Assembly: GCF_006345805.1 (NCBI RefSeq)
Contig: NW_021829994.1
Location: 1 to 5,609, forward strand
Source: Octopus sinensis
Taxonomy: Eukaryota
Length of the DNA: 5,609 nt
Direction: 5' to 3'
The notes under the pieces are model-generated. The model was not told where the DNA came from. It did no database searches and was given only the letters and a program-made list of their open reading frames with translations. The position numbers and the translations under genes were made by a program. Position 1 is the first letter of the stretch, and every line of letters begins with the position of its first letter. Shown here piece by piece: positions 1 through 5,609 of this stretch.

Positions 1-338
1 AGGCAAAAATTTGTGATGGAATAGAAGTTGGATTTCTTGAAATGAAAAACCAGAATGAAAGAAGAAAGAACTTGCAACAAATCCCTATAGTTAACTGATT
101 ATTCAGCCACTTAAAATCAATTCTCTGTTCTCTATCAGATGGTTTTCTTGGTGTTGCTACCTGCTTATTTGGTGTTGCTAACCAATTCTCCCAAATATTC
201 TCTATCCTATTCATATCTCTCTACCTGCAATTGCTAACTCCTTCACACTACTGTTGCTATTCTTTCTTTCTCTACAATTATCAAATCACTGTCTTTAACA
301 AGACAATTTTCTCTTTAGTGTTGTGAACATAATTTCTC

Positions 339-353
339 ATATATATATATATC

Positions 354-400
<47 letters not shown>

Positions 401-551
401 TATCACACACACACATATATATATATATATATCTATATATACACATGCACACACCACACACACAATATATATATATATCCTAGCTATATAGATAATATAT
501 ATATATATATATATATCACATATATATATATGCATGTATACACACACATAC
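339..551. repeat. Compound (TA)n/(CA)n microsatellite
   Basis: Alternating TA and CA dinucleotide runs, directly visible. Confidence 0.95.
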
Positions 552-780
552 AAGGGAGCACATATTTGCAAAACAAGGTGAAGAAGATATTACTCAAATA
601 AGAAAGGCAAAGTAAAATGTTATTTTATTAAAGCTGAGAAAAAGCAAACAAAAATCCATGAACTGTTACTCAGGGTTTAACCAACTGTTCATTGGATAGC
701 AGTGAGAATACAGATTAGTCTGTATTATCACTACTGTCTTTTCTTTGGCTTTAATAAAACTCTGTGTGTGTGTTTGTATG

Positions 781-813
781 CAAGGTGCGATGGGTAAATT
801 GTTGCCATTTTAT
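781..813 (+). repeat. Left terminal inverted repeat of the Tc1/mariner element
   Basis: 24/33 ungapped match to the reverse complement of 1625-1657; starts CA(A/G)GGTG, typical of Tc1/maT ends. Confidence 0.8.
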
Positions 814-911
814 ATTTTCAATTTCATGCATGCACATTGTTTGTTTTTGATTTTGTCAACTACACAGTGTAGTTGGGTCAGTTGGGCACCATCTGTGGGA
901 AAAACAGCACC

Positions 912-1535
912 ATGATGCAATTCACTCTGCCAGAAATTCGGAAATGACATGCTATACTGCTTGGCATTCATGCTGGAAGCTTCCAATATGAATAGATGGT
1001 GAACACACAAAACAACAACCATTGGCTCACCATGTCCCCAAATCATGTGCCAAGAGTGATAAAAATCAAACATCCAGTCAACATCATTATGTTTGGAGTA
1101 ATCACTAGTGATAGCAATGTTATGCCTCTATTCCTCTTCCCATATGGCCTCACACTCAACACAGAGGCCTACATCAAGTGCCTGGAGCAGGTAATGCTGC
1201 CCTAGATCAAGAGGGTCGCTGCTGGAAGACCTTATGTTTGCAACAGGACTCTGCACCATGTCACACAAGCAGGAGAACCCAGTTTTGGCTGTCAGACAGT
1301 TTCTGCGATCAAATTGCCCCTAACATCTGGCCAACCCCCACAAGACTGCAAACCCCTTAATTATTATATGTAGGGTGCAGTTGAATGAGAGACCAATAAA
1401 ACTCCTTGTAACACCAAAGATAAACTGAAGGCAAAGATTATGGCAGCATTCAACAACTTAAACAAGGAGATCATCCAGAAGAGTTGTAAAAGATTCTGAA
1501 GTCGTCTGGAGGCCAACGGCGATTTTATTGAATAG
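912..1535 (+). pseudogene. Transposase pseudogene, Tc1/mariner (maT, DD37D-like)
   Basis: Manual translation across lesions: MMQFTLPEIRK*HAILLGIHAGS / MVNTQNNNHWLTMSPNHVPRVIKIKHPVNIIMFGVITSDSNVMPLFLFPYGLTLNTEAYIKCLEQVMLP*IKRVAAGRPYV(fs ~1240)QQDSAPCHTSRRTQFWLSDSFCDQIAPNIWPTPT(fs ~1343)DCKPLNYYM*GAVE*ETNKTPCNTKDKLKAKIMAAFNNLNKEIIQKSCKRF*SRLEANGDFIE*. QQDSAPxH and WPxxSPDxNPLD-like motifs are diagnostic. Internal stops at 945, 993, 1203, 1371, 1386 and 1497, plus two frameshifts. Confidence 0.88.
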
Positions 1536-1624
1536 ATTTACTCTTTAATATTTCAAGATATTTTTATGTAATTTTGGTAAATATATTTGTTAAAATAAGA
1601 TGTCAGTGTAATTTTCATTTCTGC

Positions 1625-1657
1625 ATAAATTGACAACTATATATTCACCACACCCTG
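1625..1657 (-). repeat. Right terminal inverted repeat of the Tc1/mariner element
   Basis: Ends ...ACCACACCCTG followed by TA; pairs with 781-813. Confidence 0.82.
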
Positions 1658-1757
1658 TATACACAAACACATATATAACATTTCTATTTGCAAATCTCTC
1701 AACAAGAAACATTCAGTAACAGTACTCTTGGCAAATAGTATTTACTCTCTCTTTGTT

Positions 1758-1761
<4 letters not shown>

Positions 1762-1812
<51 letters not shown>

Positions 1813-1897
1813 ATGTATGTGTATATATATATGTATATGCACACATATATACATACATTTACATATATGCAAACATATATGCTTACAAATATATACA
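1762..1897. repeat. (TG)25 microsatellite followed by degenerate TA/CA repeats
   Basis: Perfect TG run at 1762-1811, then mixed purine-pyrimidine alternation. Confidence 0.95.
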
Positions 1898-2117
1898 TGG
1901 GTGGGGGAAGTTTCTTTAGAAACAAGGTATCTGTCAATCAGATATAGAATGGCTTCAGGTAGTTTAATTTTTTTTTAATAAAATCTCTGATGATTTGATG
2001 ATATAATTTGATTGTGAACTAACAAATTATATCACTTGATAAAAATAGACATTTTCATTAATGAAACCCGTGTAAGAATACATTGACTAAACATAAAATC
2101 TTATCTCATTTCTTTCT

Positions 2118-2161
2118 ACACACACATACACACACACACACTCACACACACACATACACAC
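2118..2161. repeat. Interrupted (CA)n microsatellite
   Basis: Directly visible. Confidence 0.93.
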
Positions 2162-2494
2162 TAGATTGCTTTAGACAGGGTGTGGTAAAACTATGCTCGT
2201 TCATATTTCGATTACTTTTACATTTCTGCTGCAGTGTTTATAAATATAATAAAAGTACAATATACACAGCCATTTAAACAGCATGCTGAATATATACACA
2301 CTATACACTGTTATTTAAACACAAGGCAGTATATACATGTAAAAATATGATTCGTTGAAGTTCACATTACTAAATACAAAACATTTAATACACCCTATGA
2401 AACTACCCAGTAAATACCCTGTTTTAACACCCAGCGTGTCTGATTACAAGACATGCAACATTTAACACTCACTCTGACCCATGAAAAATTCCTC

Positions 2495-2528
2495 TGTTAT
2501 TGTTGTTGTTCTTGTTATTATTATTATT
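2495..2528. repeat. (TTG)/(TTA) trinucleotide microsatellite upstream of SINE copy 1
   Basis: TGTTATTGTTGTTGTTCTTGTTATTATTATTATT. Confidence 0.85.
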
Positions 2529-2757
2529 AAGGCAACTCATTAACATGCCAGGCAAAATGCTTAGCCATATTTCGTCTGCTTTCACCTCCTGAGTTCAAAT
2601 TCCACCAAGGTTGACTTTGCCATTCGTCCCTTCAGGGTTGATAAAATAAATAACAGTTAAACACTGAGTTTGATGTAATTGACTTTCCCCACTCTCCTGA
2701 ACTTGCTGGCCTTGTGTCAAAATTTGAAACCAATATTATTATTATTGTTATTATTAT
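2529..2757 (+). mobile_element. tRNA-derived SINE copy 1 (Octopus-type), with (ATT)n tail
   Basis: Pol III B-box-like GAGTTCAAATTCC at 2591-2603; the 5' A-box region is shortened relative to copy 2. Central block GGTTGACTTTGCCATTCGTCCCTTCAGGGTTGATAAAATAAATAACAG aligns with copies 2 and 3. Ends GAAACCA plus (ATT)n at 2733-2757. Family assignment is from recollection of Octopus SINEs. Confidence 0.82.
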
Positions 2758-2847
2758 CTTCTTTTAATTTTGTTTCTATTTCTTGCTGAGAGTCTGCCCA
2801 AAACCCAGGGCAAACAAACTCATTGTCTTCATTGGTAGGCCATTAAA

Positions 2848-2903
2848 ATTATTATTATTATTATTATTTTATTATTATTATTATTATTATAATTATTATT
2901 ATT
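2848..2903. repeat. (ATT)n microsatellite upstream of SINE copy 2
   Basis: About 56 bp of ATT repeats with two interruptions. Confidence 0.93.
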
Positions 2904-3129
2904 AAGGTGATGAACTGCTAGAATCATTACCGTACCAGATAGAATTCTTAATGGCATTGCGCCTGTTTTCATGTTCTGGGTTCAAATCCCCCTGAGGTCA
3001 ACATTGCCATTCATTTATTCAGGGTCAATAAAATGAAGTAACAGTCAAGTACTGGGTTCAATGTAATTAATTAAGCCTTCCCACTAAATCTTAGGCCTTC
3101 AGCTTATACTAGAAACAATTATTATTATT
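2904..3129 (+). mobile_element. tRNA-derived SINE copy 2, near full length, with (ATT)n tail
   Basis: Starts AAGGTGATGAACTGCTAGAATCATT (A-box-like); B box GGGTTCAAATCCC at 2978-2990. Central GGTCAACATTGCCATTCATTTATTCAGGGTCAATAAAATGAAGTAACAG is colinear with copy 1. Ends AGAAAC plus an ATT tail. Confidence 0.82.
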
Positions 3130-3130
3130 T

Positions 3131-3297
3131 TCATTACCATTGTACTAAATGCCTTGCAATATTTGTTCTGGTGCTTTATGTTCTAAGATTAAATCTTGCC
3201 ACAGTTAATAATGCCTTTTATTTTTCTGGGATCAATAAAATATTGAACCACTCAAGTACTGGGTTATATATAATCAACTAACGAAAATTAGAAATAA
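3131..3297 (+). mobile_element. tRNA-derived SINE copy 3, 5'-truncated and more diverged
   Basis: Colinear with copy 2: TCATTACC...ATGTTCT...AAATC...TGCC...TCAATAAAAT...TCAAGTACTGGGTT...TAAT. The B box is decayed (AAGATTAAATC). The 3' boundary is approximate. Confidence 0.68.
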
Positions 3298-3322
3298 GTA
3301 TTTACATAAAACTAAACTACAT

Positions 3323-3324
<2 letters not shown>

Positions 3325-3356
<32 letters not shown>

Positions 3357-3471
3357 TTTAATGTCCCCTTTTCCATGTTTGCATGAGTTGGGTGGAGTTT
3401 CTTTAGATGGATTTTCTACAGCTGCTTGCTCTACCTGTTGTCAACATTTATCTGTTTCCAAGTAAGGTAAT
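3325..3471 (-). mobile_element. 3' end fragment of a SINE/RTE-LINE-type retroelement with (GAT)n tail
   Basis: Minus strand reads ...GCAAACATGGAAAAGGGGACATTAAAATGATGATGAT..., a short 3' motif followed by (GAT)10. It resembles an abundant Octopus retroelement 3' end as recalled (CATGGAAAA..GGACGTTAAA(TGA)n). Not verified by search. Confidence 0.55.
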
Positions 3472-3532
3472 CAAGAACTATGTGGCTGGGAAGCAAAATA
3501 CTTGCCACACAGCCACACTTGTGCCTATACTA

Positions 3533-3595
3533 CCATCCAACCATCCAACCACCCATCCATCCATCCATACAAACATACATACATACACACATACA
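3533..3595. repeat. Tetranucleotide microsatellite grading from (CCAT/CCAA) to (CATA)
   Basis: CCATCCAACCATCCAACCACCCATCCATCCATCCATACAAACATACATACATAC. Confidence 0.85.
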
Positions 3596-4037
3596 GATAA
3601 GTGACATTTCAATAAGAGGAATATAAAAGGAATTAAAACTTTTGCCATGTCAGGTTAAAATAGTTGGTTGTTACTCAGCCATTTTTTTATTCGCTTGCAA
3701 ACGTATGCGGTCTTAAGAATACACAAATTCTAATATTTCAAGTAGGTTCTTCACCATTTATTTTTCTAAGGAAAATCATGCCCTGCCATCCCCATAACCA
3801 AACCACAAAATTCTTGTCTCATTCATGTGACATGAATTTATTTAACTGAAATTTTATTGTTTTTTCATCATGTTCTGAAGTCATTTATTTAAAATAGTTA
3901 CAGTTTTTTGCTGTTTTTTTTTTCTCTTTTCGTTGTATTCTTTATTCATGCTTGATATTCTTAAAGAATCTGAATGTTGCTATTTTGGAGCAATAGAGTA
4001 ATTCAAAGAATACAGAATGGTAGCAGCAGAGATATAT

Positions 4038-4130
4038 ACTTACATATAATGATTGCAAATTCTAATGGTTGGCACTATGTAAAGAATGGCTTACCTGTAA
4101 AATAAAAGAAAGACAAAAGAATTATTAATG
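4038..4130 (-). other. Candidate recursive splice site (AG|GTAAG ratchet point at 4095/4094) with 51-nt cryptic RS-exon (4094-4044)
   Basis: Minus strand: CATTAAT (branch-point-like, A at 4125), then AATTCTTTTGTCTTTCTTTTATTTTACAG|GTAAGC. A downstream donor TAT|GTAAGT lies at 4043-4038. There is no AG between the branch point and the acceptor. Confidence 0.6.
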
Positions 4131-4162
4131 ACAATATAGAAAGTACAACAGGTGTATGTAAA

Positions 4163-4279
4163 ACATATACGCATATATATGTATATATGTGTATGCCTGT
4201 GTGTACTTGTAATACATACATATCTATATACATGCAGACACACACACATGCACATTCACACACAAGCACACACACACAT
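4163..4279. repeat. Degenerate TA/TG/CA microsatellite
   Basis: Alternating purine-pyrimidine low-complexity tract. Confidence 0.8.
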
Positions 4280-4462
4280 AGAATGTAAATACAATGAAGA
4301 ATTAGAAAAGGCCAAAGTTTAATAAATAAGGTCTTAGCTTAATGTTTGAATAGAAAGAAAAAGTATCGTAACGTTTCAGAAATTAGTGCTTCATCATAAG
4401 AGAGACAGAATCATAGAGGAAAGTGTGAAAGTGTGAAAGAGAAACAGTCAGTGAGAGAAACC

Positions 4463-4566
4463 TATACATATATATATATATATACACACACACATACGCA
4501 TACACACACACACACACACACGCACACAGACACATACAGAAACCCAGAGAGAGAGAGAGAGAGAGA
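4463..4566. repeat. Compound (TA)n-(CA)n-(GA)n microsatellite
   Basis: TA run, CA run, then AG run at 4546-4566. Confidence 0.93.
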
Positions 4567-4727
4567 TTAATAAATGAAATAGTAAAACATCTTCCAACTT
4601 TATCTGGTTATGAATAGATTGTAAAAAGAAAGTGTTTACATATGTCCACTGTTTCTCACTATACAGCATAATGATGGCTTATATACTCATGTCACTTACA
4701 CAGAGAATACTCTATCATGCACTTAAA

Positions 4728-4802
4728 ACACACACACAGACACACATGCACACATGGACCTACACATACATTTACACACATGGACGCATACACACACACA
4801 CA
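4728..4802. repeat. Degenerate (CA)n microsatellite
   Basis: CA runs interrupted by CATGGAC twice. Confidence 0.8.
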
Positions 4803-5000
4803 TTCTTTTCTCTTGCTGCTATATTTGTATATTATACATTGTAGATGAAAACAGAGCCAGGAGGACAAATACTGCCAAAAACAGCCTTTTACTTCTGTTT
4901 GAGCATAAAATTAACGAAAAGAAAAAGATTCAGATGATAGAAGAGACACAGTTAGATGTAATTTACTCCTGAAATATAATCCATACTATATACATGTAAA

Positions 5001-5359
5001 TATGTGTATATATATATATATATGTGTGTGTGTGTATGTATGTTTGTATGTATGTTTGTATGTATGCATGTATGTATGTATGTATGTTATATGTATATAT
5101 GTGTGTGTGTGTGTATGTATGTTTGTATGTAGTCTGTATGTATGCATGTATGTATGTATGTATGTATATATGTATATATTGTGTGTGTGTGTGTATGTGT
5201 ATGTATGTATATATATATATATATATACATATTTATATATATGTATGTATGTATATGTATATATGCGTATGTATACATATGTATCTACATATATATGTGT
5301 GTGTATATATGCCTACGTACATACATACATACATAATATATAGATATGTGTGTGTGTGT
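5001..5359. repeat. Long compound (TA)/(TG)/(TATG) microsatellite with an internal ~78-80 bp higher-order duplication
   Basis: Directly visible; the unit structure repeats at ~5021-5099 and ~5100-5179. Confidence 0.93.
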
Positions 5360-5528
5360 CTTTACATCAATAGCACTGAAGTTAGAAAATTAAATATCAA
5401 TATAGATAAAAACAAGGATATTGAGATATTAAGTTGTTATAAAAATATTTAATAGTGCTAATATTTTGATTATAAAAAGCCTTTTACGAAGGTTTAAGAG
5501 AACTATATAGAAAATGATAAGTTTAATT

Positions 5529-5609
5529 TCTCTCTCTCTCTCTCTCTCTCCCTTTCTCTCTCTCTCTCTCTCTCTCCCTTTCTCTCTCTCTCTCTCTCTC
5601 TTCTCTCTC
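5529..5609. repeat. (CT)n microsatellite running off the window end
   Basis: CT run with a CCCTTT interruption twice, 26 bp apart (5550, 5576). Confidence 0.95.

Larger units (their letters stand above)
781..1657 (+). mobile_element. Degenerate, internally deleted Tc1/mariner-superfamily DNA transposon (maT/DD37D-like), 877 bp
   Basis: Imperfect TIRs: left 781-813 CAAGGTGCGATGGGTAAATTGTTGCCATTTTAT vs reverse complement of 1625-1657 CAGGGTGTGGTGAATATATAGTTGTCAATTTAT, 24/33 identical without gaps. Right flank is TA (1658-1659); left flank is TG (779-780), probably a mutated TA target duplication. Transposase remnant lies inside. Confidence 0.9.

Noticed and set aside
139-237. 32-aa ORF MVFLVLLPAYLVLLTNSPKYSLSYSYLSTCNC after an acceptor-like TTCTCTGTTCTCTATCAG; signal-peptide-like
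   Set aside because: The hydrophobicity comes from T-richness and a 12-bp direct repeat TTGGTGTTGCTA (148-159, 169-180). It is too short and has no clear donor or other support.
281-601. ORFs 281-571(-) and 323-601(+) rich in YI/HT/CV
   Set aside because: They are translations of TA/CA microsatellites, which lack stop codons; not real proteins.
810-1073. 87-aa minus-strand ORF
   Set aside because: Antisense to the transposon 5' region and transposase; no recognisable motif.
1713-2277. Overlapping ORFs with CVCV/HTHT runs
   Set aside because: Artefacts of the (TG)25 and (CA)n tracts.
2591-2990. B-box motifs suggesting tRNA genes
   Set aside because: No cloverleaf is recognisable; both lie in SINE heads followed by the shared SINE body and ATT tail.
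2495-3356. Repeat-spacer-like alternation suggesting a CRISPR-like array
   Set aside because: The repeats are variable-length trinucleotide microsatellites and the intervening units are homologous SINEs in a eukaryotic context.
3481-3517. Hairpin TGTGGCTG...CAGCCACA (8-bp arms)
   Set aside because: An 8-bp inverted repeat is within chance expectation for a window this size, and there is no other supporting context.
3407-3849. ORFs 3407-3604 and 3664-3849
   Set aside because: Short, no recognisable domain; the first spans a retroelement fragment and a tetranucleotide repeat, and the second has no ATG start.
4075-5452. ORFs up to 142 aa with CMYV/YIYI/HTHT composition
   Set aside because: Derived from dinucleotide and tetranucleotide repeats, and open in several frames at once.

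Overview
AT-rich, microsatellite-dense eukaryotic non-coding DNA with no intact protein-coding gene. The SINE family and repeat landscape suggest a cephalopod (Octopus-like) genome; this is inferred from recalled repeats, not a database hit. The window holds an internally deleted, decayed Tc1/mariner DNA transposon (781-1657, maT/DD37D-like) and three head-to-tail tRNA-derived SINE copies separated by (ATT)n tracts (~2529-3297). It also has a minus-strand retroelement 3' tail ending in (GAT)n (3325-3471) and many compound microsatellites, which explain most listed ORFs. The most interesting signal is on the minus strand at 4038-4130: a branch point, polypyrimidine tract and CAG acceptor fused directly to a GTAAGC donor. 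This is followed 51 nt later by a second GTAAGT donor, with stops in all three frames in between. That is the architecture of a recursive splice site with a cryptic poison RS-exon, and it suggests the window lies in a long intron of a minus-strand gene.
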